A stretch of 64,000 nt of DNA from contig OZ024741.1 in NCBI GenBank assembly GCA_964016885.1, forward strand, positions 223,014,001-223,078,000, given 5' to 3'. This stretch comes from Eledone cirrhosa (lineage: Eukaryota). The notes below the pieces were generated by a model. The model saw only the letters and a program-made list of their open reading frames with translations. It ran no database searches and had not been told where the DNA came from. The translations under genes were made by a program, and so were the position numbers. This document shows positions 25,691-42,957 of the stretch, one piece after another (within the stretch, counting starts at the first letter, position 1; every line of letters begins with the position of its first letter).

Positions 25691-26847
25691 CCCAGTAATG
25701 TACTGGGTAATTGCTGGCCTTGTGCCTAAAGTAGAAACAATTATTTACCTTTGATCAACACATCAGAATACGTATATATATATATATATATACTTGCTCG
25801 GGTATTAAATAGCAGTTGTGTATACCATTTATGTCAATACTTCAGTGCTACTTCGAAAACTATACTTTTACAAAATCATCGGCTTTTTCCAAAAGAGGGT
25901 TCCTTCCCCCAGGGGTCCCCTACTCAATATGTGCCAATTCTGAGAGTTCACATTCATCTGTAGGACAAACGTAGCCCATGTGTCAAGTTTTGTGAAAATC
26001 GGTTGCGAACTCCAAAAGTTATGACGTTTTGCTGCATTGCACTGCAGTTCTTCAGTCGACTCCAAGGAAGTGGTTAAATGGGGTTGCTGCCGGGAGGCAC
26101 TATAATCAATATCTGGAAAAATTAAAGTGCCCATGACCATCCGGAGTACATAAGTAACTTATGTCTTAAGTTTGGTGAAAATACTGTAGAAATGCATAAG
26201 GTTTATACACGCGCGCGCTCGTGTGTGTGTGTGTGTGGGGGGGGGGGGGTATGTATTTGTGTGTGCGTATGTATGTGTATGACCGTCGGGGCATACGTAT
26301 GTACTGGCCTAAATCTTCACTATTTACTTTTACTATTTTAATAACCTCTGCATTTTCATTTTCAATTTTATTTACATCATTCTTAAACTCCGGGGCTGGA
26401 AGTCATTCTGTTATGTTAAATCGAATATTAGCCTAACGACTCCATTTATACCATAAACTTGGTCTTGTCTTTGCATGAAATTATTCTTCTCGCTCCACAT
26501 AACGACGTATTATCCTCGCTTTTTTTCCCCCGTTCATTGCCAGGGAACGTCTTCACGAACCAAAATATCGTCTTCCTGTTTTCGTTCGGTTGGAATGTTT
26601 CTCGAAATATTGACTTCTGCGTTCACAGATTACTCTCAGTTCAATTTGAATGGGAAATTCCTGTTTCATCGATTTTCTCCGTAACCATGGAAGCTTGTAC
26701 CCTAAAAGTCGACCCAACGCCTCTTCGGGTCATTCTGCATAACTGTGTAAATTTTCGCTGCATTCCACCAAGCCGTTTCGACGTTTATCCAACTACACCT
26801 ACTTACTTAAATATACAACGTTCGACCACTTCCAATTTATATAGTAG

Positions 26848-27144
26848 ATTAAAATACAAATATTAATAAAATAGATGTTCTTTTGATCAATTAAATTTTA
26901 TTATACATATTTCAGAGGTACAACAGTACGTCCTCATCAGACAAAATATAATGATACATGACATACCTTGAGATGTTAAATGGTTAGGATTTCTTGATTA
27001 AATCTTAACCATTTAACATCTCAGGGTATGTCATGTATCATTATATTTTGTCTGATGAGGACGTACTGTTGTACCTCTGAAATATGTATAATAAAATTTA
27101 ATTGATCAAAAGAGCATCTATTTTATTAATATTTGTATTTTAAT
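26848..27144. repeat. Head-to-head palindrome of a PLE terminus carrying two HHRs (26895-26947 -, 27045-27097 +)
   Basis: Right arm near-identical to 59500-59656; AUUUUGU-CUGAUGA-..GUAC uguu GUAC..-GAAA-UAUGUA-UA-AUAAAAU. Confidence 0.9.
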
Positions 27145-27168
27145 ATTAATAACTCTGGAAAATTATTT

Positions 27169-27228
<60 letters not shown>

Positions 27229-27233
<5 letters not shown>

Positions 27234-27607
27234 TGTAGTTCCTGTCTGTTTGTTTGTATGTTCACGAACTCCTCCTATGGTTGTGGGGATAGACCCCCAT
27301 AACCATATATATTCTGAAACTACATTGCCCAGGGTACTTGGATAAGTATATTTCATTTTAATCAAAGGGTTCCCCGGGGGCACAAACCCCAGCGAAAATC
27401 TTTTCCCTTTGATTTATATGAAATTTAAACCATAGGTAAATGACAAGATATGATCCCTATTCACAAAATTTCAGCAAATTTAAATAATATTAAGACACCC
27501 TAATTTAGTTTTTCTCCATAAATTATATCACTGGTTTAAAATCAATCATCATTTTCTTACAAAAAAAAAATGTGTGAAACGCAGCAAGGCGCAAGTAATT
27601 CGGCTAG
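27229..27607 (+). mobile_element. Probable non-autonomous Helitron
   Basis: 5' TA-run then gtctgtttgtttgtatg; 3' GC-rich subterminal segment and CTAG|T end. Confidence 0.5.
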
Positions 27608-27834
27608 TATATATATATATATATACAGGTACTATATAGGTAAACCAGGTGGGGGCGCATTTCTCCAAATCAACAACAATTTTGAAAAACAAATAATAAA
27701 TTTCAGTTTTATTGTGGGTCGTTTTATATCCTGGTTTATTTCATATTTAATATTGAATTTTTTTAATTAATTTTTTAAAATTAATTTAATATTGAATTTA
27801 TTTATTTATGTGTGTGCGTGTGGGTGGGTGTGTA

Positions 27835-27874
<40 letters not shown>

Positions 27875-27884
27875 CGCGCGTGTA

Positions 27885-29153
27885 AAAGGTAAACATACCA
27901 AGCGATTCCTCGAGGTGCTGGAGACGAACGGGTACCCTACCTCGATCACAGACAGAATAGGAGACACCAGACACAAGAGACAGAGAGGCACCCAAGGCAA
28001 GTGCTTCCTTAAAATTCCACATCTGGGCGAGAATACCACCAACGCTATCCGCAAGGCTATACGGAGGGAGGGCCCCGACATCCACCTGGCCCACTCGGGC
28101 CCCTCCCTGCGAAAATACCTCTCCAAGAAACCCGGGAAATCTACTGACGCATGCTCCCTCAGAGACTGCCCGATACGCCATGCGAACTGTTGCCTTCGCA
28201 CATACGTCGTGTATAAGATAGAATGTGACAGGTGCAACCAATACTACATAGGTAGCACAATCCGACCTTTGCACATCCGGATCAAGGAACACACTAAAAC
28301 CAGGGCCTCGTCTTTCCGGAAACACAGAGACAAATGCGGAAACAAAGACGGAAGGCCCATTGTCACAATTCTAGCGACTGAAAGAAACGTCGGCACGTTA
28401 CGTATCAAGGAAGCACTTTTTATCAAACGCCTGCAACCGCAAATAAACAACCTATTAGAGAGAAGCGAAATGAGATGGCTGGTTTAAGTTAACAAACGAT
28501 GTAGCAACACACAACACACGCACACACAAACGAGACAACTACACACACACAGTAGCATTCCACCATACGAACATACTACACTGCCAATACAGAGGAACAA
28601 GGCAACTACACACGCACACACACTCAAGCGAGACAACAACACATGCACAAACACACACAGCAACATTTAACAAACAGGCAGAGAATGGACTGACAGCTAG
28701 CGCCACCCCACTCCCTCATTCGGCCGCTGACCTCTGCCCGACCGACCCCATTTCACGCGCACGTGCGCTCTGCCGAATACCTCAGATATTCAAAACAACA
28801 AACAGCGGAGGACGCGTTTCGCACCTGTCCGATAGACAACCTTTACCCCGGAAAAAAAACCCCAGTTGATGGATGTGAATCCGAAATATATAGGGACTAT
28901 TAAATCTCTCCCAAGGTAACTCTCTCTTGTGTTGTTATTTTTATTTTATCCTTTATACTCTTCCCTTCTTTCTTCTACACATTTACACATCTTTACACAC
29001 CACGCATCTCAACGTACACCCACTTACATCTCTCTCTCCACCACCGGATCTTGTTACCCGGAGATTTACCCATTTGCATTGTCGAGGCTTCCAAACGACT
29101 TAAAGATATTTATTTATTATTCCACAATGCTTCAAGCAAACTTCAATACTCTC
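27885..29153 (+). mobile_element. 5'-truncated Penelope-like element (GIY-YIG ORF ending 28487) with degenerate HHR at 28860-28896
   Basis: YVVYKIECDRCNQYYIGSTIRPLHIRIKEH...LRIKEALFIKRLQPQIN; GGAU gtga AUCC-GAAA-UAUA-UA; flanked by microsatellites. Confidence 0.9.
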
Positions 29154-29668
<515 letters not shown>

Positions 29669-29669
29669 T

Positions 29670-30697
29670 AATTTTGCGAGGTTTTTGATATGAAATCGTG
29701 TGTCGAAACAAATATTGTTATACTTGGGGAGGGTCATATTGTTGTAATAATATTGCCACAATTAATAACAGAACACACTCACTTAAAGATTAAGGTGGTA
29801 GAAAAGCCAGGAACCACCATAAAATCCCTGATCAGCAAAACACCCTTTTAAGAAAACCCACTGTACTAATAGGAAATGTATTATATGTAAAGTAAACCCC
29901 CGGATAAACTGTAAAACTAGAAACGTAGTCTATAGCATAAGATGTACAGAGGGTACTTTCAGAAACATGACAACAACATACATAGGCGAGACAGCACTTA
30001 GCATAGGTGAAAGGATAGACCAACACTGTACTATACGAACACACCAGACAACAACATGACGGTAACATAGACAACATAGAAATTAAAATAATATCTAAAC
30101 ATAGAAATGACCCAGCAGATAGGCAAATCAGAGAGGCCAGTGAAATAGAACTTAGAAGGCCAAAGCTAAACTGAAAAAATGAATGGAATAACCACAACAC
30201 CCAAACAAACAATACTGACCTAAGAGAAATATAAATAAATGAATAAATATATACACAACCACAATAACAACACATATAAACACACACTAGTAAAGTAAGA
30301 TAGAATACAATAACCAAAACACAGTCACCCAAACGCGAACATATATCAAACACTATACACACACGCAAACGCATGCGCAGAGAAGACAAAAATAAATAAA
30401 TAAATAAATAAACAGATTAAATAAAGATGGCGTAGACATACAATACAACAGGAGGAAACATAATAGCACCACTGACGATGTTGCAGATGTGCAACGAAAG
30501 AACTTTGTTAGACTATATATGTGTGTTTGTGTCTATATTATATCTGTATTTTTGACCGTTGGTAAACATTGAGGACCGAATAAATTAATTGATATAAAAG
30601 ATACAGAAGTGAAAACCAACCAAACAGTGAGTGTGTTCTGTTATTAATTCTGGCAATATTATTACAACAATATGACCCTCCCCAAGTATAACAATAC
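29670..30697 (+). mobile_element. PLE 3' fragment with inverted terminus at its 5' end; HHR at 30465-30510
   Basis: Degraded GIY-YIG similar to 45870-46320; 29714-29760 is the inverse of 30650-30696; CUGACGA-U-GUUGC..GCAAC-GAAA-GAAC-UU. Confidence 0.85.
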
Positions 30698-30716
30698 ATA
30701 AATATATATATATATC

Positions 30717-31365
30717 GGCATAGGTTAAGAATAACGTCCTCGAAACTGAAAGTAGGTTTTCTGACAAGTGAATGTGTTTTTGTTTTTTTTTACATTGAAA
30801 TTTACGATACACTATTTGTTTATTTACAACAGGTCTCTATAGTGATATGGTGTTAATTAGTATTGCGTGTGTGAATATTTTCTCTTATATATATGTGTGT
30901 GGGTGTGTATATGTGTATATATATGTGTGTCTGTATGTATATATATATGTGTGTTTGTATATATATATATGTGTTTGTGTCATCATCATCGTTTAGACGT
31001 TTTTACCCAAATCCCTTATCATTCTCTGTCCTTCTTATGACCCGGCCTTAATTTGTTTATAGTTGGTGCCAACTTTGGCACGATATTACAAAAACATCTA
31101 AACGATGATGATGACACAAACACATATATATATACAAACACACATATATATATACATACAGACACATATATATACACACCCACACATATATATATAAGAG
31201 AAAATAATCACACACGCAATACTAATTAACACCATATCACTATAGAGACCTGTTGTAAATAAACAAAGAGTGTATCGTAAATTTCAATGTAAAAAAACAA
31301 ACAAACACATTCACTTGTCAGAAAACCTACTTTCAGTTTCGAGGACGTTATTCTTAACCTATGCC
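30717..31365. repeat. Long fold-back palindrome (~280-bp arms, ~85-bp spacer)
   Basis: ggcataggttaagaataacgtcctcg... / ...cgaggacgttattcttaacctatgcc. Confidence 0.92.
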
Positions 31366-31876
31366 TATATATCAACTAGAAATTGATTGACATATAAATA
31401 TATCTAAAATAAACATATGAAACAATCACAGGGGATAATTTGTAAAAGTGTGCAAGCACACATAGCTATGTAGGTAACTAAAGTTTAACTAGAACTTCAA
31501 AAATAGATTAATCTTCCTTGTATATATTCCAATAAAGAAATATATTTCACCAATTAATCGATTGGTAAACGACAGTAGCCAGATCCTGGATTTTCAACAA
31601 GGAAGAAGACTAACCATCTGTGTTTACGCATCAAATTCAAATCAGCGACTGGCCAGTAACACGTGCTGTATTTACTAAAAATACACACATCGTACGAGCT
31701 TCGTCCCAGTGGCGTGAATAGCGTTATCGACAACTAGAAATAGCAGTCAAGTCCTTTCAACTGAGTTAGCTCTACAATTAAGGGGCCGTATTTATATATA
31801 TCCAAAATTAATTTAAATTAAGGATGTCATGTCAGATAGACATGCGCCATATCATTTCTAGTTGATATAAAATGCT

Positions 31877-31930
31877 CGGCAGTTGCATTGCATTCACTCA
31901 CTGCGCTGAGTGAATGCAATGCAACTGCCG
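31877..31930. repeat. Perfect 24-bp-stem hairpin with 6-nt loop
   Basis: cggcagttgcattgcattcactca-ctgcgc-tgagtgaatgcaatgcaactgccg. Confidence 0.95.
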
Positions 31931-32189
31931 TGCGGGTTGTACGTATATGGATGATCTGACGGTCAGAGAGGGGTCGCGAGGACTGCGGATTGACCTTTGG
32001 CCTGCCTGGGGACGATTATCTTTCGACATCCAATGTAGCAAGCGATGACCCAGATCTTACCAGAGATCATTGGGTCCTGAAGCAATCCTGCAATCACCGC
32101 GCCTGGTCATATGAGCAGACTACAACCACAGAGATCATTATTTTAGAATCCTCGCTCATCATCTATAATTTCCATTTGTAGCACCTTAA

Positions 32190-33270
32190 GATGGGTTAAT
32201 CCACCTTAATAATAATATGATCACCTTCAGCATAATTTAGTTAAACTACTCTATAGTTAGTACACTTTATGCTTTAAAAGTCTCTCTTGGAAGGTGCACC
32301 TCACCATAGAATTTAGGGTCTATATTGGGACACATTTTAATGGCTAGATATAGAAACCCCAGAGTTACCTCCCCGCATGCATTAACTCCCCTTAGCCACA
32401 CACATCCGGTATTCAATGGCGTTTCTCGAAACGTAACAACCTCCTGTATCGAACTAAAGAACACCAGACTACGATCTCTAACTGGATTGTCGTGGATTAT
32501 GTGAAAGGCATATAATCGAAATATACACTCCCTTGACCTTGAAAATGCCGAAGTACATGAATTACTTGACATCCCTGCGCTGTGCATCTCCAATACTTAT
32601 AACACTTTTAATGCTTGCACTATCTTTAATGCTTATAATATTTCTCCACACACAGACTATATCAATCATATAAAGACTTTGCCACCAGATCTACCAACCT
32701 AACACTCTTATTTACCTACCTAAGTGCCTCTACCACACATATCTCTCTGCCACACTATATAAACAAGACGCACATGCGTGCCACACATATAACATTTGCA
32801 CTATATAACCACTTATCTTCATGTTGTACTTTAACCTATATCTTTGATTTTTGATTGTACCTATTAATATAAATGTAATCTCGAAGTGTGTACTGCCACT
32901 CTAAATTCTGTAATGAATGTTGACCCACAATGTTTGAATATGTATCAATGTTTGAATATGTATTGGTATGTCTCTCGGCTGAAAAGGAGGTCATATAACT
33001 GTCCATGCATTAATAAATTGCTCCGAAGAATCCAAACCTCGGTTTGGAGGAAACAGCTGTAAGCACAATAATGTTTTGAACAGTTCTTTGATTCTTATAT
33101 TTCATATAACTGCTCTGTAAATCATCTGATGTTTTTACATTGAGCTACTTAACTTACTGGTAATAAGGTAGTAATACATTACTGCCTACCACTATTTAGG
33201 GTGTGTGTAAAATACTTACAACTGCTTAAGGTTTTGTGTTTACATAACCATAAATAGTATAACTAATACT
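32190..33270 (+). mobile_element. Highly degraded PLE 3' part with HHR variant at 33019-33065
   Basis: UGCU-CCGAAGA-A-UCCAAAC cucg GUUUGGA-G-GAAA-CAGCUG-UA-AGCA; upstream degenerate linker peptides (NLGSIL, SNWI, KCRST). Confidence 0.6.
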
Positions 33271-33829
33271 ATATATACATATATATATAAGTTGTAATAA
33301 AATGAAAACGAAATTTCATTTCTCACTCTTAGTACGGCACTTACTTAAATGTAAGTATGTATGTATACGTACATACATATATGTATACAGACGTACAGTA
33401 GCATGCATATATATATATATATATACATATATACATACAGGTACACATACATATATGTACGTATCAGTTTAGCGGACGCTTATTATAACGCCCGCTTTGT
33501 TCGTTTGTAAACAAACTGAACAGCCTGAATTTATGCCGTACGGTGTTAAGGCAACCACGTCACCTTTTTGTTCAACACTGACACAGGAACGATGTACTAG
33601 TTTCAAGCTTGTTAGCTATCATCAGCACCGTATACCCTTCTGCCAGATGGTTGAACGTTCGAAAGTATATACTTTCCTTATGAAAATTAACGGCTGAGCA
33701 GCCTAATTTGCATATCGAGTGAGTTCGGTCAGGCGTACCGAGAACGGTAAGTTGTAATAAAATGAAAACATATATGTATGTACGTATACATACATACATA
33801 TATATATACATAAATATATATCTATATAC

Positions 33830-33872
<43 letters not shown>

Positions 33873-33897
33873 AATATATATATATATTTATATATAC

Positions 33898-33932
<35 letters not shown>

Positions 33933-33973
33933 CATATATATATACATATATATACATATATATTTATATATAC

Positions 33974-34008
<35 letters not shown>

Positions 34009-34021
34009 CATATATATATAC

Positions 34022-34128
<107 letters not shown>

Positions 34129-34129
34129 C

Positions 34130-34200
<71 letters not shown>

Positions 34201-34201
34201 C

Positions 34202-34454
<253 letters not shown>

Positions 34455-34455
34455 C

Positions 34456-34562
<107 letters not shown>

Positions 34563-34606
34563 AATACATATATATATAAATACATATATATATATATAAA
34601 TACATA

Positions 34607-34700
<94 letters not shown>

Positions 34701-34703
34701 TAC

Positions 34704-34750
<47 letters not shown>

Positions 34751-34779
34751 TACATATATATATATACATATATATATAT

Positions 34780-34894
<115 letters not shown>

Positions 34895-34899
34895 CATAC

Positions 34900-34956
<57 letters not shown>

Positions 34957-34961
34957 CACAC

Positions 34962-35112
<151 letters not shown>

Positions 35113-35137
35113 CATATATATATACATATATATATAC

Positions 35138-35170
<33 letters not shown>

Positions 35171-35284
35171 GATGAGATTCTACAGGACTAGAACTGTTTC
35201 ATTCATTAGAAATCATCAGGAATCTGCTATGTATTGAGTACCTTACTTACTGTGGTTACCTCCGATTCAACCCGGTATAACGTA
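35171..35284 (-). ncRNA. 114-bp HHR micro-element, copy 1 (HHR 35175-35225)
   Basis: Minus strand: AGAUUC-CUGAUGA-U-UUC uaau GAA-U-GAAA-CAG uucuaguc CUG-UA-GAAUCU. Confidence 0.85.
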
Positions 35285-35364
<80 letters not shown>

Positions 35365-35403
35365 CATATATATACATATATATATATACATACATATATA
35401 TAC

Positions 35404-35616
<213 letters not shown>

Positions 35617-35643
35617 CATATATATACATATATATATATATAC

Positions 35644-35698
<55 letters not shown>

Positions 35699-35805
35699 CA
35701 TATATATATATACATATATATACATATATATACATATATATATACATATATATATACATATATATATATACATATATATACATATATATATACATATATA
35801 TATAC

Positions 35806-35878
<73 letters not shown>

Positions 35879-35893
35879 TACATATATATATAT

Positions 35894-35980
<87 letters not shown>

Positions 35981-36065
35981 CATATATACATATATATATA
36001 TATACATATATACATATATATATATATACATATATACATATATATATATATACACATATATATAT

Positions 36066-36096
<31 letters not shown>

Positions 36097-36121
36097 TACA
36101 CATATATATATATATATATAT

Positions 36122-36188
<67 letters not shown>

Positions 36189-36209
36189 CATATATACATA
36201 TATATATAT

Positions 36210-36252
<43 letters not shown>

Positions 36253-36289
36253 TATATATATATATACACATATATATATATATATATAT

Positions 36290-36364
<75 letters not shown>

Positions 36365-36897
36365 CNNNNNNNNNNNNNNNNNNNNNNNNNNNNNNNNNNN
36401 NNNNNNNNNNNNNNNNNNNNNNNNNNNNNNNNNNNNNNNNNNNNNNNNNNNNNNNNNNNNNNNNNNNNNNNNNNNNNNNNNNNNNNNNNNNNNNNNNNNN
36501 NNNNNNNNNNNNNNNNNNNNNNNNNNNNNNNNNNNNNNNNNNNNNNNNNNNNNNNNNNNNNNNNNCGCTTATTATAACGCCCGCTTTGTTCGTTTGTAAA
36601 CAAACTGAACAGCCTGAATTTATGCCGTACGGTGTTAAGGCAACCACGTCACCTTTTTGTTCAACACTGACACAGGAACATGTACTAGTTTCAAGCTTGT
36701 TAGCTATCATCAGCACCGTATACCCTTCTGCCAGATGGTTGAACGTTCGAAAGTATATACTTTCCTTATGAAAATTAACGGCTGAGCAGCCTAATTTGCA
36801 TATCGAGTGAGTTCGGTCAGGCGTACCGAGAACGGTAAGTTGTAATAAAATGAAAACATATATGTATGTACGTATACATACTTACATATATATATAC

Positions 36898-36932
<35 letters not shown>

Positions 36933-37189
36933 AATATATATACATATCTATATACATAAATATATATACTATATATCTATATCTATATACATAAATATAT
37001 ATATATATATATTATATATCTATATCTATATACATAAATATATATAATATATATATATATCTATATCTATATACATTAAATATATATATATATATCTATA
37101 TCTTATACATAAATATATATATATATATATATATACTTATTATATTATATATACATATATATATATATATACATATATATATTATATAC

Positions 37190-37356
<167 letters not shown>

Positions 37357-37485
37357 CATATATATATGTATATATACACATATATATATATATTATATAC
37401 AAAATATATACATATATATATATATACATATATATAATATATATACATATATATATATATATAAATACATATATATATATATAAC

Positions 37486-37519
<34 letters not shown>

Positions 37520-37536
37520 AATACATATATATATAA

Positions 37537-37625
<89 letters not shown>

Positions 37626-37698
37626 TACATATATATATATACATATATATATATACATATATACATATATACATATATATATATACATATATATATAT

Positions 37699-37823
<125 letters not shown>

Positions 37824-37833
37824 CATACATATA

Positions 37834-37954
<121 letters not shown>

Positions 37955-37959
37955 CACAC

Positions 37960-38012
<53 letters not shown>

Positions 38013-38166
38013 CATATATAATATATATACATATATATATATATATATACATATATTATATATATATATACATATATATATATTATATATATACACATAC
38101 ATATATATATATATATATATACATATATATATACATATATATTATATACATATATATATATATATA

Positions 38167-38280
38167 GATGAGATTCTACAGGACTAGAACTGTTTCATTC
38201 ATTAGAAATCATCAGGAATCTGCTATGTATTGAGTACCTTACTTACTGTGGTTACCTCCGATTCAACCCGGTATAAAGTA
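38167..38280 (-). ncRNA. HHR micro-element, copy 2
   Basis: Near-identical to 35171-35284. Confidence 0.85.
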
Positions 38281-38306
38281 TATATATATATATATATTAT
38301 ATATAC

Positions 38307-38339
<33 letters not shown>

Positions 38340-38345
38340 ATATAC

Positions 38346-38395
<50 letters not shown>

Positions 38396-38398
38396 TAC

Positions 38399-38429
<31 letters not shown>

Positions 38430-38434
38430 TATAC

Positions 38435-38511
<77 letters not shown>

Positions 38512-38561
38512 CATATATATATTATATACATATACATATATATATACATATATATATATAC

Positions 38562-38648
<87 letters not shown>

Positions 38649-38672
38649 CATATATATTATATATACATATAC

Positions 38673-38713
<41 letters not shown>

Positions 38714-38734
38714 TTATACATATATTATATATAC

Positions 38735-38765
<31 letters not shown>

Positions 38766-38856
38766 CATATATATATATACATATATATATACATAATATA
38801 CTACATATATATATACATATATATATATACATATATATATACATATATATATATAC

Positions 38857-38918
<62 letters not shown>

Positions 38919-38947
38919 TATATATACATATATACATATATATATAT

Positions 38948-38978
<31 letters not shown>

Positions 38979-38988
38979 TACACATATA

Positions 38989-39030
<42 letters not shown>

Positions 39031-39047
39031 CATATATACATATATAT

Positions 39048-39210
<163 letters not shown>

Positions 39211-39691
39211 CATACATATATATATATATATATATACATACATATATATATATATATATACATACATATATATATATATATATATACATACATATATATA
39301 ATATATATACATACATAAATATATATATATATACATACATAAATATATATATATATACATACATAAATATATATATATATATATACATAAATATATATAT
39401 ATATATATACATAAATATATATATATATATATACATAAATATATATATATATATATACATAAATATATATATATATATATACATAAATATATATATATAT
39501 ATATACATAAAATATATATATATATATATACATAAATATATATATATATATATATATACATATATATATAAATAAATATATATATATACATATATATATA
39601 AATAAATATATATACATATATATATAAATAAATTATATATATACATATATATATAAATAAATATATATATATAACATATATATATAAATAA

Positions 39692-39722
<31 letters not shown>

Positions 39723-39751
39723 CATATATATATACATATATATATATATAC

Positions 39752-39890
<139 letters not shown>

Positions 39891-39995
39891 ATATATATAT
39901 ATATACATATATATATACATATATATATATATACATATTATATATATATATTATACATATATATATATATTACATATATATATATATACATATAA

Positions 39996-40030
<35 letters not shown>

Positions 40031-40051
40031 AATACTATATATATAAAATAC

Positions 40052-40132
<81 letters not shown>

Positions 40133-40322
40133 TACATATATATATATACATATTATATATATACATATATATATATATACATATATACATATATACATAT
40201 ATATACATATATATATATATACATATATACATATTATATATATATATATATATATACATATATACATATATATATATATACATATATACATATTATATAT
40301 ATATATATATATACATATATAT

Positions 40323-40372
<50 letters not shown>

Positions 40373-40385
40373 CATATATATATAC

Positions 40386-40418
<33 letters not shown>

Positions 40419-40444
40419 CATATAATATATATATATATACATAC

Positions 40445-40481
<37 letters not shown>

Positions 40482-40510
40482 CATACATATATATATATAT
40501 ATATACATAC

Positions 40511-40577
<67 letters not shown>

Positions 40578-40582
40578 CACAC

Positions 40583-40613
<31 letters not shown>

Positions 40614-40617
40614 CACA

Positions 40618-40686
<69 letters not shown>

Positions 40687-40698
40687 ATATATATATAC

Positions 40699-40731
<33 letters not shown>

Positions 40732-40842
40732 GATGAGATTCTACAGGACTAGAACTGTTTCATTCATTAGAAATCATCAGGAATCTGCTATGTATTGAGT
40801 ACCTTACTTACTGTGGTTACCTCCGATTCAACCGGTATAACG

Positions 40843-40844
<2 letters not shown>
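40732..40844 (-). ncRNA. HHR micro-element, copy 3
   Basis: Near-identical to 35171-35284 (1-nt deletion). Confidence 0.85.
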
Positions 40845-40941
<97 letters not shown>

Positions 40942-40960
40942 TATATATACATATATATAC

Positions 40961-41009
<49 letters not shown>

Positions 41010-41036
41010 CATATATATATACATATATATATATAC

Positions 41037-41105
<69 letters not shown>

Positions 41106-41124
41106 CATATATATATACATATAC

Positions 41125-41253
<129 letters not shown>

Positions 41254-41332
41254 AATACATATATATATACATATATATACATATATATATACATATATAT
41301 ATATACATATATATATACATATATATATATAC

Positions 41333-41369
<37 letters not shown>

Positions 41370-41447
41370 CATATATACATATATATATACATATATACAT
41401 ATATATATATATACATATATACATATATATATATATATACACATATA

Positions 41448-41481
<34 letters not shown>

Positions 41482-41498
41482 CATATATACATATATAT

Positions 41499-41536
<38 letters not shown>

Positions 41537-41561
41537 ATATATATATATATATATATATTAT

Positions 41562-41638
<77 letters not shown>

Positions 41639-41655
41639 CATATATACATATATAT

Positions 41656-41902
<247 letters not shown>

Positions 41903-42145
41903 CATATATATATATATATATATACTTACATATATATATTATATATACATACATATATATATATATATATATACTACATATAATATATATATATATACAT
42001 ACATAAATATATATATATATATATACATACATAAATATATATATATATATACATACATAAATACTATATATATATATATACATAAATATATATATATATA
42101 TATACATAAATATATATATATATACATAAATATATATATATATAC

Positions 42146-42184
<39 letters not shown>

Positions 42185-42244
42185 AATATATATATATATA
42201 TATATATACATACATAAATACATATATATACATATATATATACA

Positions 42245-42280
<36 letters not shown>

Positions 42281-42531
42281 AATATATATATATATACATA
42301 TATATATACATAAATATATATATATATACATATATATATATACATAAATATATATATATACATATATATATACATAAATATATATATATACATATATATA
42401 TACATAAATATATATATATTATATACATAAATATATATACATATATATATATATACATAAATATATATACATATTGTTATACTTTGGGAGAAATATATAT
42501 ATATACATATATATATACATATATATATATA

Positions 42532-42571
<40 letters not shown>

Positions 42572-42830
42572 AATATATATATATACATATATATATACAT
42601 AAATATATATACATAATATATATATACATATATATATAAATAAATATATATATATACATATATATATAAATAAATATATATACATATATATATAAATAAA
42701 TATATATATATACATATATATATAAATAAATATATATATATACATATATATATAAATAAATATATATATATACATATATATATGCATATATATATATATA
42801 TATGCATATATATATACATATATATATGCA

Positions 42831-42875
<45 letters not shown>

Positions 42876-42957
42876 ATAAATATATATATATATATACATA
42901 AATATATATATATATACATAAATATATATATATACATAAATATATAAATATATATAT

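Noticed and set aside
26280-26830. Possible DNA-transposon coding remnant
   Set aside because: No recognisable domain in any frame
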